Source: a virus. From it: a stretch of DNA of 64,000 nucleotides. This document shows positions 44,898-55,677 of this stretch, in pieces; the first letter of the stretch is position 1, and the number at the start of each line of letters is the position of its first letter. The stretch is taken from IMG/VR virus record IMGVR_UViG_3300037222_000066; one strand, 5' to 3'. The notes under the pieces are model-generated. The model saw only the letters and a program-made list of their open reading frames with translations, was not told where the DNA came from and searched no databases. The position numbers and the translations under genes were made by a program.

Positions 44898-45129
44898 CTT
44901 CTTTTTTCCCGTGTTCGTCTATTTTTTTATTTATTTCCTCGGGTGTCTCTTTGACGCAAAATGTTTGTTCCGCGCCACCATATAGGATTGTACCTTTTTC
45001 ACACGCATGCCCGGCTCCCTTACCAGAACGGAATGGGCCAATGTCGTCTGGTGAAATCCAGAGAGTGGCTCCGTCAGGGCTGGTAAGCTGGAGCAATGCC
45101 AGAATGGCAATGATGTAGACAGGCCGCAC
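44890..45129 (-). CDS. small secreted protein (79 aa)
   Basis: Signal peptide MRPVYIIAILALLQLTSP. Confidence 0.4.
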   Translation of the reverse strand: MRPVYIIAILALLQLTSPDGATLWISPDDIGPFRSGKGAGHACEKGTILYGGAEQTFCVKETPEEINKKIDEHGKKEDE

Positions 45130-45146
45130 GGGGATGCTCCGATATC

Positions 45147-45338
45147 TTACTTATTTGACTGAGATTTTGCTCGCGCTTTTAACAGCGTTGTTAGATCACG
45201 CTTTGCGGCGCCCATTTCCTTATCAGAAGGCAGCGTGTTTTGGCCCTCAATCGTGAAAGGATTATCATACGGTTGATTAGAGGGTACAATGTCCCCGCCG
45301 TCTTCGTACCGCCTACCTGATTTAGGATAGTCACGCAT
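45147..45338 (-). CDS. hypothetical protein (63 aa)
   Basis: Co-oriented small ORF. Confidence 0.3.
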   Translation of the reverse strand: MRDYPKSGRRYEDGGDIVPSNQPYDNPFTIEGQNTLPSDKEMGAAKRDLTTLLKARAKSQSNK

Positions 45339-45344
45339 TTTACG

Positions 45345-45692
45345 CTACTTGATTACTTTCTTCGTATTCCCAGGCGGCTTCACGAAGCCCTTGCCAGCAC
45401 CGGCGCCGGACTTGGCATAGTTCTGGTCTTCGTCTGCTGATGCGTCCCCTTCGTCGGCGTCACGGAACTCGTCCTTGACCTTCATAAATGAGCTTTCCTT
45501 GCCCAAGACGGGGCCGCCGGCGGCGTAGGACGCAGTTTGAGGTTTCATCCCTTTGCTCAACATGGTTGTGCCTTTATCTGCTTTGTTAAACTCTTTGGCG
45601 ACCTTCACAGAGGGGCCGCCGCCCCCGGGTTTATGCCAACCGTGGGCCACGGCGGCCATCAGGCGGGCTTCTTTAGGTGTCGTACTAGGCAT
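45345..45692 (-). CDS. small Gly/Lys-rich protein (115 aa)
   Basis: VAKEFNKADKGTTMLSKGMK resembles the 4205 and 4677 family motif. Confidence 0.4.
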   Translation of the reverse strand: MPSTTPKEARLMAAVAHGWHKPGGGGPSVKVAKEFNKADKGTTMLSKGMKPQTASYAAGGPVLGKESSFMKVKDEFRDADEGDASADEDQNYAKSGAGAGKGFVKPPGNTKKVIK

Positions 45693-45715
45693 ATCAGACC
45701 ACCCTTAAGTCTTGG

Positions 45716-48700
45716 TTACTGTCCGTAGGCAGCATTTTCGCGTTTATCGTGATATTCCTTGAGTTTCCACTGCCTACTGTTGGATTTTCTAATGGAGTTA
45801 TTCACGGTATCCGGGTCTGTCATCCACGTTGGCGCTGGCCGAATGGCTGTGGCCCGTTCTGGCAGCGTTATATTAGAACCGAATTTTTCGCCCTTAGTTA
45901 TTTGCTTGTAGGAAATCGGACCCAGACTGTCTATGACATGTCCGAGATATTGCCCCATCCGTCCAACAAAGGGATCGTTAGCGTTAGCGATTGGGTCGTT
46001 CTTATAGTCTTTATTGGCCAGCGTTTCCCAGACCAACCGCGGTGCCGTGGACAATTTATTACGGGCCTCTGATGATGGATCATGGAACCAGCCATATACG
46101 TCTTTCTCATACCCTGGCAGCATGGCGCGTTCCGGGTTTCCCCGTATTGTCTTGCCCCCGGTACGACCGGCCATTAAATCGGTACTGTCGTGCGGGCCTT
46201 CTCCGGTCTTTAGATATTGATATGCCATAGAGGTCAACGCCATGACAACCGGCATGGCCACCGTATAGGCCGCGCGCGGATCGTAGTCAGGGTGTGACAA
46301 TTTCAGGCGCGATGGGTCGGTGAGCAGAGACAGAGCGCCGCCGCCGATCTCGCGCACGGTGCCCAGGTTCCACGAGTACGACCGCATGGCTAGCTGCGCG
46401 GACTGCTTCATAGCCTTATTCCAGAAAATATTATCTTGGACCATTTCACCGAAGCGGTTGTCTATGCTGTCACCGATCTTACGCGCCATAGCCACGGACT
46501 GTTCATCAGTAGCATGAGGGTTGGCGCTAACCCATTCAGATAACGTGTCATAGAACGCGCCGTTCTTGAGCTGCGGAATATATTTTTGGAACAGAGGCTG
46601 GGCAACTGTCTCCAGCGTGCGGCCAACAACACGGAATAGCTCTTTACCGGCTTGTATTCCTTGATTGGCAACCCCTTGCACGGTAACTGCATCTCCTTCA
46701 CCCGCGTCTTTCACTCGGTTGATGGCTTCGTCCAGTTGCAGTTTCAGGGCGCCGCGCTTCCATGCGGTAAAGAACGATCCCTCGGCAGAGAATTTGTACG
46801 TCGGGTCATGTCGAGCCCCGATCATGCGAGCGCCAGACCGGGTCATCAGGTCCACCACTTTTTGCATTTCAGGGGTGCCTTCGTGCAGCCCCAAATATTG
46901 TTGTTGCGGTAGATAGCCCTGTTTGTATGACGTGACCGGTGCGGCTATAGACTTGGCAATAGATTTTGCCCCTTTGCTTATGTCACCGCTCATAACTTGA
47001 GATATTCCCTTGGCAAAATCACTGATGATGGCTTCTTTGGCCATCGTAAAAGCGTGGTAGCCGGACAAACCTAGTTCCAGAGCAGTAACCGAATTGGACG
47101 TATGCTGGAGGGCGTCAAAAACTTTGCCACTTTCAGCATTCCCGTGGAAGCCCTGGCTGATGTAGTTGTTGTACACCCGCGCCCAGTCCTCAGGCGCGTA
47201 TCCCTGGCCATGCCCGCTAGTAGGACCGCCGCGCCCGAGCAAGGGCGCATAGCCTTCTGGTATCAGGCTGGTACCAGACCCGGAGGCACCCACTGTCTTG
47301 TTGTCAAAAAACTTTACGATGCCGGCGTCTTTGGCGGTGTCCAGAATATCGGTGGCCTCGATAAAACTGTGCATACTGGCCAGGTAGCGTGACGACACTT
47401 CCAGGGGGTCCGTGGTAGCCAGCTTTAATCCAGCGTTCAAACCGTCTTGGATCGTTGGCATCGTACGTTCATGGAGGCTGGCGGCTGAGCCCTGCTTGTC
47501 ATAGTAGCTATTGACAAATTCCTTGGCCGCTTTGGCATTTTCAAACATATGCGGGAAGTAATTTGTAACAAATTCCTGCTTGGCCATAGAAGGCAGCGCT
47601 TCTAGTTTTGATTTAACATTCCCGAAGGCATCGTTCAGAACCTTGGCCAGCGGCTGGAACCTACCCGCGTCCTTGCCGGTGTCCATTGCCTTCATGAACT
47701 CTACTTTATCCGCTTCCGGAGCCTGGTTGATCTGCTTACGGAAGGGCTCAATGCGATTAGAAGCGATAGCCAGGTCTCGGGCCCGTACGCCGCCCTTACT
47801 GCGGATCAAGCCCGCGGCGCCTTCGGCGTCTTTTGATACTGTTTCCGGGGCAAATATTTTCTTGAATAGACCACCCTTTGGTTCCAGGCTCTTGTTTACA
47901 GCCGCGGGCACTTCCGCCGGCGCGCCGACGCCACCCTTTAACCGTTCCTGCACGGCCTCGTTAGCCTTGGCCGCCCGTTCTGCCTGCTGGTCTTTTAGAG
48001 TGTCCCCTAAGTTCTTTTTTGGCCGCCTCATGGCCAAGGTTTGGCGCTCACCAGGTGCGGCGCTTCCCGCGGGATTATCTTTAATCTGCTTGTCGATCCC
48101 GGCTTTTAATTTTTCGGTCGCGGTTTCCAAATCCGTCTTCGGCATCTGGTCGCGGGTCATCGTTTCTGGGTTCTTCTGCGGCGCCGCAATTTTCTCAGCC
48201 TCGCTCATTGCGTCCCAATTAGCTTTTGCCAGGCGCTTGGCTTTCAAGGCAGCCATTTTTGCGCGTGTAGCCGCTGTAGCCTCGTCAGTTATCTGCTTGG
48301 CCGATTTCTCGATAGCCGGCTTCTCCTCAGCTGCGGCGAGGTATTTTTCGGTGGTTTTATCTGGTGCGCTTCCAGAAAGATCACCCTTAAATGCGTTGTT
48401 TACATCGCTTTCACGGTCTTCCTTTTCCTCCCGTAAGCGTCGGTCGCGGAGGCTTTCCTGTTCTTCCTCTGGTGCGCTCGCCTTAATCTTGGCCTGCTGG
48501 GCCTCAGCTCCAGCAACAGCTTCGTCGCCCTTGCGCGGGTTCAGTGCGCGGTCGGCCTCTGCCTTGTTGCTGGCTTTGAAGCTTTCATATTGCTCATCGG
48601 TGCCCCGATGGAGCAGCTCATTGGTACGAAACTTCTCCGGTGTCGTATGCCCTTTTCCGCGTATCAGCTTTTGAGCTTCCCGCAGCAACGACCATTCTCT

Positions 48701-50902
48701 AGGTTTGTCTACGCCGTTCAAGGTATATGTCTTGAGCGGGTTTTCACCCCCGTTATGATTAGCGGCTTCTACCAGCATATTCTTGGCGCGTGTCCGCAAC
48801 TCTGCATCGGTTTCACCGGCAGTAGCTCTCGTCCAGGCATCCGTGCGGCTTTCCCCTGCCCGGGGCTCGAACTTTGGAAACCAATGCTCGGGCGGCGCAT
48901 TAACCACGGCCTCCGTAGCTCTGATTGCTTGGGTCTTTATTCTGGCGTCCTCTAGATCATTCCCCTTGATAGGCTTGCCGGCAGCGTTTTTTAGGTCAGC
49001 AATATTCAGCCTAGGCTGGTCGTTACGTATGCGCGGGTTCTTAATTTCCGCGGTCGGGTTCTTTACACCACCACTCTGGTTGTGCATCCCTGCGTTCATT
49101 TTAGCCGCGGCTTGTATTTGTTTTGGGCCCGGCGCCATAGCTGCTATGTCGTCTGCCACCTTGGTATATTTACCCCCAGCCGCGCGCAACCGTGCCACCG
49201 TTTCAGCTACTAAATTAGCCTTAGTTATATTGTCATAGTGTTTCTGGGCATGATCTGCGGCCTCACGCATGGTCTGGTCGCCGGGGTTCTCGCGGGCTTT
49301 GTCAATGCCGGCTTTCAGGTTCTCTATCGTACCCAAAGCTTCCTTGAACGGGCTGTTGTCCGGCAGCGGAGTACCGCCCTTCATATCGAGCTTGGGCAAC
49401 GCGCTTATGGCCTGGTCAGTCGTCGGGCGTGCTCGGGGCCGTGCTACAGGGGGCTGCTGTGCAGCAGATTGCTCCTGAACGGGAGCAGCTTGCGCCTGCG
49501 GGCGAGCCTCGGAGAGCGATTGCGCCGCCTTCAACTGTGCATCAAAATTCGATTGAGCGGGACCTTCCTGCATAGTAGGCTTGGCGTTAGGCGGAATACT
49601 GGCTTCTTCTGCCCCGGGATATGGTTGCTTAGGCAACGTCTTGTTGGCCGGCGGGTCAAATGCATCTGCTGGCAGTTCGCCGCGGCTTCCTTGCCCAACG
49701 TTCTGCATACCTTCGTGGGTAGCGTCCAGAACGGCTTTAGCGTGTTCACCCTGGAGGTCAGGCAGCGTGTCAGAAATTGGTGGCTGCCGTGGCTGGTCCA
49801 CGTTAGGCTGGTCAGACGGTGCAACGTAGTCAGGGTTGAGCACCGAAGCGGTGGCCGGATCAATATCTCCCGTGGTGAAACCAGTTTTACCCGACTTAGG
49901 TGGCCCGGGTTTTTCAATATCTGTTGAGCTAATTACGTTTTCATCTTTATGGAATTCCCGCCGCGAGCCAGCCAGTATCTGGTCATAATCCCACTGGTTG
50001 ACCGGCTGCCCGACAGTACCGGGCTTAGGTGTGACTACGGGGCCGTTCTCTGCGGCAATGCCAGCTGCGTTAGTTGTAACATCATTGGCGTCTGCCGCGG
50101 CTCTATCATCGACAGCGCCAGGCGCAGCATCGCCAGGGTGCCCAGGGCGGAATGCTTTGCCTACAGCTGTACCTACAGCAGCGCCGGCCTTTTCAGCGCC
50201 GGCCTTATATGGTTGAAAAAACCCTCGTGGCTTGGCTAGCAATGCGCCCGCGGCGGTGTTCATACCTGCTTCGAATGGGTCTACTTCACCCTTCTCGGCT
50301 AGCTGCTGCCCTATGTTTATCCCGCCCATTATGCCGCCACGTAACAGGTACGAGGCCAATTTCTCGGTTAAGCTGGCGCCAAAAGAAACCACCAACGGGA
50401 CCAGTCCACCGACAACGTCTGATTTCGGATTTTCCTCAGCATTGGCTCGCAACTGGGCACTGTCGTCTACACCCAAGGCTTTCAATGCACGCTCTTGGAA
50501 GCTGTCCAAAACATACCCGGAAGCCATAGCTGTGCCAATACCAGCTGCAAAGCCAATTGGACCACCTATGGTCGCCCCTACTGCGCCGGCGGTTAGCACG
50601 CTGCCAATTGTTGGTACAGCGCTATGAGCGGCTCTACGTGCAACGGTAGCAGCGAGGCCTTCGGCTTCTGGGCCTTGGGTTTCCTGTTCTTTGTCAAACT
50701 GGTCAAAGTAGTTTTGTGGCTCTGTTGCAGGTTGAGTGGGAGCGGGCTGCTGCTGTGCAGCTGCTGGCGGTACTACTGCTGGCGGCGCGTCATCAAACCG
50801 GTCAAAGAAATTTTGGGGTTCCGGCGCGGGTTGGCTATCCGCAGGTGCGGGCTCAGGAGGCTGCTCTGGAGCAGCATCAAACTGGTCGAAATAGTTAGAC
50901 AT
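45716..50902 (-). CDS. giant virion protein (1728 aa), probable internal/ejection protein
   Basis: Size and position next to two other large low-complexity proteins; N-terminus carries three (N/Q)(Y/F)FD(Q/R)FD repeats in a Pro/Ala-rich linker. Confidence 0.55.
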   Translation of the reverse strand: MSNYFDQFDAAPEQPPEPAPADSQPAPEPQNFFDRFDDAPPAVVPPAAAQQQPAPTQPATEPQNYFDQFDKEQETQGPEAEGLAATVARRAAHSAVPTIGSVLTAGAVGATIGGPIGFAAGIGTAMASGYVLDSFQERALKALGVDDSAQLRANAEENPKSDVVGGLVPLVVSFGASLTEKLASYLLRGGIMGGINIGQQLAEKGEVDPFEAGMNTAAGALLAKPRGFFQPYKAGAEKAGAAVGTAVGKAFRPGHPGDAAPGAVDDRAAADANDVTTNAAGIAAENGPVVTPKPGTVGQPVNQWDYDQILAGSRREFHKDENVISSTDIEKPGPPKSGKTGFTTGDIDPATASVLNPDYVAPSDQPNVDQPRQPPISDTLPDLQGEHAKAVLDATHEGMQNVGQGSRGELPADAFDPPANKTLPKQPYPGAEEASIPPNAKPTMQEGPAQSNFDAQLKAAQSLSEARPQAQAAPVQEQSAAQQPPVARPRARPTTDQAISALPKLDMKGGTPLPDNSPFKEALGTIENLKAGIDKARENPGDQTMREAADHAQKHYDNITKANLVAETVARLRAAGGKYTKVADDIAAMAPGPKQIQAAAKMNAGMHNQSGGVKNPTAEIKNPRIRNDQPRLNIADLKNAAGKPIKGNDLEDARIKTQAIRATEAVVNAPPEHWFPKFEPRAGESRTDAWTRATAGETDAELRTRAKNMLVEAANHNGGENPLKTYTLNGVDKPREWSLLREAQKLIRGKGHTTPEKFRTNELLHRGTDEQYESFKASNKAEADRALNPRKGDEAVAGAEAQQAKIKASAPEEEQESLRDRRLREEKEDRESDVNNAFKGDLSGSAPDKTTEKYLAAAEEKPAIEKSAKQITDEATAATRAKMAALKAKRLAKANWDAMSEAEKIAAPQKNPETMTRDQMPKTDLETATEKLKAGIDKQIKDNPAGSAAPGERQTLAMRRPKKNLGDTLKDQQAERAAKANEAVQERLKGGVGAPAEVPAAVNKSLEPKGGLFKKIFAPETVSKDAEGAAGLIRSKGGVRARDLAIASNRIEPFRKQINQAPEADKVEFMKAMDTGKDAGRFQPLAKVLNDAFGNVKSKLEALPSMAKQEFVTNYFPHMFENAKAAKEFVNSYYDKQGSAASLHERTMPTIQDGLNAGLKLATTDPLEVSSRYLASMHSFIEATDILDTAKDAGIVKFFDNKTVGASGSGTSLIPEGYAPLLGRGGPTSGHGQGYAPEDWARVYNNYISQGFHGNAESGKVFDALQHTSNSVTALELGLSGYHAFTMAKEAIISDFAKGISQVMSGDISKGAKSIAKSIAAPVTSYKQGYLPQQQYLGLHEGTPEMQKVVDLMTRSGARMIGARHDPTYKFSAEGSFFTAWKRGALKLQLDEAINRVKDAGEGDAVTVQGVANQGIQAGKELFRVVGRTLETVAQPLFQKYIPQLKNGAFYDTLSEWVSANPHATDEQSVAMARKIGDSIDNRFGEMVQDNIFWNKAMKQSAQLAMRSYSWNLGTVREIGGGALSLLTDPSRLKLSHPDYDPRAAYTVAMPVVMALTSMAYQYLKTGEGPHDSTDLMAGRTGGKTIRGNPERAMLPGYEKDVYGWFHDPSSEARNKLSTAPRLVWETLANKDYKNDPIANANDPFVGRMGQYLGHVIDSLGPISYKQITKGEKFGSNITLPERATAIRPAPTWMTDPDTVNNSIRKSNSRQWKLKEYHDKRENAAYGQ

Positions 50903-53481
50903 TACTGCCCGCCGCGTAGAACTTTAGCCGATGCCCCTGGACCAAATTTCGCGTCATATGCGGCCGCCATTTTTGGGTTCTGTTGTAGACCCCGTATATG
51001 GTCCGCCGTTGGTGTAGGATAAGTAGGTGCGGCCACCTGGGACCCGGGTGTTCGTACGCCGCTATTCACTCCCGAGGTTCCTACTGACGTGTTTGCAGGC
51101 GCCGCCCAATTCTCTTGTAACCGTTTAGCGAAGGCTATCGCAGCCATCGGGTCCTGCGACAAGCGCGGGTTCTGAGCTATCGCGCTTTTCAGAACATCGT
51201 TCTGTTCCTTGGTTAGCTCTCGGCCGCCAGCGGCTACAAGTTTTGCATTGGTTTCGGCTGCTCGGCCATCAATACGGGCTTGATTTTGCTGTCCTCTTGC
51301 ATCATTGGTACGATCAACAGACCCCTGAGGACCATAATGCATTTTGGCGCGTTCAGTTTCCCCTTCTTGTTTGGCTGTGGCCTGTTTTTCCCTGCTGGTC
51401 TGTTCAATACCAGTCGCGCGACCTTCGTTCAAGAATTTAGCGCGGGCTCGGTTTTCATTAATGCCCGGGAACTGCTGGTATGCGGCGTCAACGTTTTCCT
51501 TACCGAAGCTAGCTTCGGCGGCTGCCCGGCGATCCTGCTCCATTGTAGTCGCAACTCGCGGGCGCTGCTGTTGAGCCGGCTGCGCTTGACCAGGCTGCGG
51601 TGCAGCCACCGGGCTAGCACCACGCGGCGGCATCATCATCGGCTGGTTCGCCGTTGGAGTACTGGTTTCAGTACCGGCATCAGGACCCGGCCCAGCGGCT
51701 TGCGAACCCGGCGTAGCATCTTCACCACCAGCGGCAGGGGCGTCTGGGACAGGCTCCGCTAGAGCCTGCGCGCCTTTACTGATTACCGCGCCAGCGGTAC
51801 CTAGTTGCTTGCCTATGTCACTCGGACCATCGGTGGGACCAATATTTCCCATAGCCGCAGCGCCTGCGGACTTATTAGCTTTCTGGAGCGCGACCGCCGT
51901 GCTTTCGTCCATTTTCTGGTCATATAAGGTACCCAAGAATTGCCCAAATTGCTGGAGGCCCAGTTTAATATGCTGGAACGGTTGATCGTTGCCGAGTTTC
52001 GCGGTGGTAGCGGTGACACCCTGGCCCCCGACAGTCGGGGAAAAGTGGGTCTGCGTTCCATCGAGCACATTAGCATCGGCTTCCGTCGCGGCCTGCGCCG
52101 CGGCGGCCACGTTACCTTCCTGGAGTTTCACCTTGGCCAGTGTGGTCTGTAGCTCGTGCTGCTGGCGATAAGACTGCATGATCGGCCACGCGGCTTCGGG
52201 GCCACCGTGCTTGTATGCATCGTTGATAACGGCCAACGCTTTCATAGCGGGTTGATCTTCGCCCGTGGCGTCTTCCGCCGCTTGCACTGCCTTGGCAGAA
52301 GCTGCCCCGGCGCCTTGCAGATAGCCGACAATCTTCTTTGGATCACTTTGAGCCACACCTTGTGCGCCTTGCGCGCCGCCGGCCATAGTGGCCTCGCCCG
52401 TTGCACCCTGTGCGCTTCCCATAGTACCGCTATCGGGCGGCGGCTCAAGAGTATCCCCTGTCGGGATTGCTTCCTGCTGGGGCGCCAAGCTGCTATCGGC
52501 CGGGTCTTCTATGTCGCCACCATCGGCATAGCTAGGCTGTGTCTGTAGTCCCATAGGCGAATACTGGGGAGACGTTTGCGGCGAACCAGGAGCGGCACCT
52601 GGCTGTGGTACATCTTCTGCATCAGCACCCTGCTCGCCAAAGTGAAAATCGGAATTTAAATCCGGTCCACCTTCGCCAGCGCTACCATCTTCCGAGCCTT
52701 TGAACTTGTTACCTTTACGTCCAGGTCCACCCTTATGTACAGGTCCGCCCGCCGCGTACCCCTGTGTATCATTACTAGGTTGGGGGATCGCAGACGGAGG
52801 TGCGCCTAGTCCGCTTTGACTACGTCCAAACTGTAGTACATGGTCAACGGTAGCCATGGCTTCATTAATATCAGTACCCTGTCCGCTGCCATTCTCGGGA
52901 ATGGCCCCGCTACTCGCCTGCTTACCAGGCAGATAATCGCGTGGATCAAATGGCTTTACTGGTTGATCCCCTTGCCGTGATGGCTTCGGGCCTATTGGTC
53001 GGGGGGCGCTACTGTTATCTGCTTGCTGATCTCCAGATTGGGTATCGTCATCGTTGGGGTCAGGAATAGCGCCGCCTCTGGCAAAATGCATTCCAGGAGC
53101 ACCCGTGCTAGTTCCTAGCCCGCCAGTGATAGCTCCTATCCCGCCGTAATTATTCCCGCCCGGGGAAGGGCGCGCCCCGGCCCCAACGGCTTGCGACGCA
53201 AACGGCTGGCCAAAGGCGCGTGCCGGCGCCGCTGGTGTGGCTGCGGGATGAAAATTAGCTGTACCCGGGGCCTGATAAGTTGAAACACCGCCGCGAAACC
53301 CAGCACCGATACCAGTAGGGCTTATGGCGTGATACGCTGCACTATGAGATTGCAAAGGCGCGGCTGCCCGTGCAGCAGGTCGCGGGGTGTTAAAAGCTGA
53401 AACTTGGTTCGCAAACGCCGAATGTTGCTGCGCAAAAGTAGGGGCAGCTTTCATTGTGGTTGCTAAATTATTGAATGCCAT
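50902..53481 (-). CDS. large low-complexity virion protein (859 aa)
   Basis: Gly/Pro/Ala/Gln-rich; 1-nt overlap with the 1728-aa gene. Confidence 0.5.
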   Translation of the reverse strand: MAFNNLATTMKAAPTFAQQHSAFANQVSAFNTPRPAARAAAPLQSHSAAYHAISPTGIGAGFRGGVSTYQAPGTANFHPAATPAAPARAFGQPFASQAVGAGARPSPGGNNYGGIGAITGGLGTSTGAPGMHFARGGAIPDPNDDDTQSGDQQADNSSAPRPIGPKPSRQGDQPVKPFDPRDYLPGKQASSGAIPENGSGQGTDINEAMATVDHVLQFGRSQSGLGAPPSAIPQPSNDTQGYAAGGPVHKGGPGRKGNKFKGSEDGSAGEGGPDLNSDFHFGEQGADAEDVPQPGAAPGSPQTSPQYSPMGLQTQPSYADGGDIEDPADSSLAPQQEAIPTGDTLEPPPDSGTMGSAQGATGEATMAGGAQGAQGVAQSDPKKIVGYLQGAGAASAKAVQAAEDATGEDQPAMKALAVINDAYKHGGPEAAWPIMQSYRQQHELQTTLAKVKLQEGNVAAAAQAATEADANVLDGTQTHFSPTVGGQGVTATTAKLGNDQPFQHIKLGLQQFGQFLGTLYDQKMDESTAVALQKANKSAGAAAMGNIGPTDGPSDIGKQLGTAGAVISKGAQALAEPVPDAPAAGGEDATPGSQAAGPGPDAGTETSTPTANQPMMMPPRGASPVAAPQPGQAQPAQQQRPRVATTMEQDRRAAAEASFGKENVDAAYQQFPGINENRARAKFLNEGRATGIEQTSREKQATAKQEGETERAKMHYGPQGSVDRTNDARGQQNQARIDGRAAETNAKLVAAGGRELTKEQNDVLKSAIAQNPRLSQDPMAAIAFAKRLQENWAAPANTSVGTSGVNSGVRTPGSQVAAPTYPTPTADHIRGLQQNPKMAAAYDAKFGPGASAKVLRGGQ

Positions 53482-53484
53482 TTT

Positions 53485-55494
53485 TTACCCCATAGCCTGC
53501 GGCTGTGGCTGTTGCCCGCCTTGAGCCGGTGCAGTCACTCGCATCTTGCGAGACTGTGCGATTAGCTTCTGGAAGAACTCTTGACCCTTCCACGCAGCAA
53601 CGTCTTTCGGGATCACGAACTCACCGACATTCACGTTGACGCCAGGGCGCCGCCCGTTCAAGCTGGCTTGTACGTCATCGGTGCGGGCGCCGCCGCTCGG
53701 GCTCGCACTTGCTGGCACCCTGCCACCACCAGCCATTTGGAAACCGCCGCGCCCCATTGGCCGCTGCATTTGCTGGCGTTGCGACGGATCGGGAATTGCT
53801 CCACCGCGGGCATATCCGCCACCACCATATCCGCCACCGCCATAACCACTGCTAGTTTGTGAACCGGGCGAATAACCGGGCGTGTAGCCGCTGCCATAAG
53901 CGCCGCCGGAGTTGCCGCCTCCTTGTCCACCAGCGCCAGGGCTATATTGTCCACTAACGCCAGGGCTATAGCCACCAGCCGCCGGGGCACCATAGCCGCC
54001 GCTCGCGCCGTAACCACCAGCCGGGGCGCCATAGCCGCCGCTCGCGCCGTAACCACCAGCCGGGGCGCCATAGCCGCCGCTCGCGCCGTAACCACCAGTT
54101 CCTGGACTTCCTGCCGGTGGACCATATCCCCCGCTAAAATTCTGATTATTACCGAAACCGCTCTGGTCTGGCACGCCCGGTAATGGACCATTGGAAGCAT
54201 CCGGTGGAGTGAACCCTGTTTGCGTTGCTGCGCCGGGTATGTCTCCGCCAGTAGGAATGCCCTGTATTGGAGAATTTTGCTGGTCAAACCCACCAGGAAT
54301 GAACCCGGTATTGTTTATACCTGGGTCCATAGACGGAGCGTTAGGATCACTTCCTGCAAACGGATTGGTCGAAGAACCCTGAACGCCTTGGGAACCGCTT
54401 AGGTCCGCGCTCGGCCCTAATAGATTTGGGTCAACACCCCCATTTATAACATCAGTAGGACCACCTACGCCGCCGCTGGTCTGCATTAAATTGGGATCAA
54501 CCGGGCCCATCGCCGGGGCAATTGGATTTCCATTTTCATCATATTGCTGCGTGCCCTCAGCCGGGCCCGCGGGTTTGCTAGTCGGATTACCAGTGAAAGG
54601 CTGATTGAGCATTGGCGCTCCCGGAACAGGGCGAGCAACGGGATCATAAGCCTGACTGTTAGCGCCTTGGTCGGCTGAACCCTTGCCAAAGTTCCCGAAT
54701 GGGTCATTACCGCCGCCTTTACTGCCGCCACCACCACCGCCAGCTACAGTGGAAGATTGTGTGTTCTGACCAGTTGGCGTGAATTTCGGAGCAGAAGCGG
54801 CTGTATTGAGCGCTGCGATAGCCGGAGTGGTTAGATTGACGCCAGTGTTCGCCGCGCCCAGAGCTGAATTCTCAGCACCTGTCAGGCTCTGTACTTCCGA
54901 GTTCAGGGCGTTGACCGCCTGCCCGGGCAGCTGCTGTCCGACCGCAATGGCCTGCGAGCGTAACTGGCGCCCCGTGGCTGCGGTGGCTAATCTGGACTGT
55001 TGTTCAGATCCGGCAACGGCGGCGGCCTTGCCGGCTTCTTGAGCCTGTTCGAGTGCCGCATATCGCCCAGAAGAAGGATCAATACCATAACCTTCCAGGT
55101 TTTTCTCGGCAGCTAAGCGACCCTGGTCCATAGCCTGAGCGGTGCCGCTCCCGGCCGTCGCTGCTTCACTATCGGCGCGTTCCTTACTGTTAAAACTATT
55201 GGCGTCTTGGATCAGCTGGTCTTGCTGAGGGACATATTTCGACAAGTAGTCGCTGACGCTGGCATTGGCCAGGATACCTGACGTAGCTGCGCTTGACAGA
55301 TACTGTGCAATATTGCTGCTGGTAACCGAGTTCACACCAGCAAAGACGTTGGTGCCCCACTGTAACAACTGGCCGGAAAGAGCCTGTGCAATACCAGAAA
55401 TCTGGTTTAAAATGTCCTGGGTTGCCAGATTGTTCGGTGACGTAACCGGGGTAGAAGTTGAAAATGAACTAGACATAGATGCCCCCAGAGACAA
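53485..55494 (-). CDS. large Gly-rich virion protein with GGYGA(S/P) tandem repeats (669 aa)
   Basis: GGYGASGGYGAPAGGYGASGGYGAPAGG repeats (DNA about 53950-54110). Confidence 0.5.
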   Translation of the reverse strand: MSLGASMSSSFSTSTPVTSPNNLATQDILNQISGIAQALSGQLLQWGTNVFAGVNSVTSSNIAQYLSSAATSGILANASVSDYLSKYVPQQDQLIQDANSFNSKERADSEAATAGSGTAQAMDQGRLAAEKNLEGYGIDPSSGRYAALEQAQEAGKAAAVAGSEQQSRLATAATGRQLRSQAIAVGQQLPGQAVNALNSEVQSLTGAENSALGAANTGVNLTTPAIAALNTAASAPKFTPTGQNTQSSTVAGGGGGGSKGGGNDPFGNFGKGSADQGANSQAYDPVARPVPGAPMLNQPFTGNPTSKPAGPAEGTQQYDENGNPIAPAMGPVDPNLMQTSGGVGGPTDVINGGVDPNLLGPSADLSGSQGVQGSSTNPFAGSDPNAPSMDPGINNTGFIPGGFDQQNSPIQGIPTGGDIPGAATQTGFTPPDASNGPLPGVPDQSGFGNNQNFSGGYGPPAGSPGTGGYGASGGYGAPAGGYGASGGYGAPAGGYGASGGYGAPAAGGYSPGVSGQYSPGAGGQGGGNSGGAYGSGYTPGYSPGSQTSSGYGGGGYGGGGYARGGAIPDPSQRQQMQRPMGRGGFQMAGGGRVPASASPSGGARTDDVQASLNGRRPGVNVNVGEFVIPKDVAAWKGQEFFQKLIAQSRKMRVTAPAQGGQQPQPQAMG

Positions 55495-55677
55495 ATGGCG
55501 CCCCTACAAGTACCTGGAACGCCTTTATAATTCATTAATTGGAGCGACCGGGCCCTGTTTTTGTTAGAATTCGGAAAGCCTGGGCCAGGGCATTAATTGC
55601 GGCAATACAAGACGCTAGGTCTGTAGCCGTCGGAATAGCCGGGTATACCGGTGTTGGAGTGAACTGCGGTGCAGCCA

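Noticed and set aside
47580-50627. Plus-strand ORFs of 120-364 aa inside the 1728-aa gene
   Set aside because: They are antisense low-complexity (Ser/Ala/Arg/Leu) frames within a clearly coding minus-strand giant gene.
55495-55677. Possible terminator between the tail spike and the 669-aa gene (CCTGGGCCAGG palindrome)
   Set aside because: The stem would enclose a 1-nt loop and no T-run follows on the coding strand. It is not a convincing structure.
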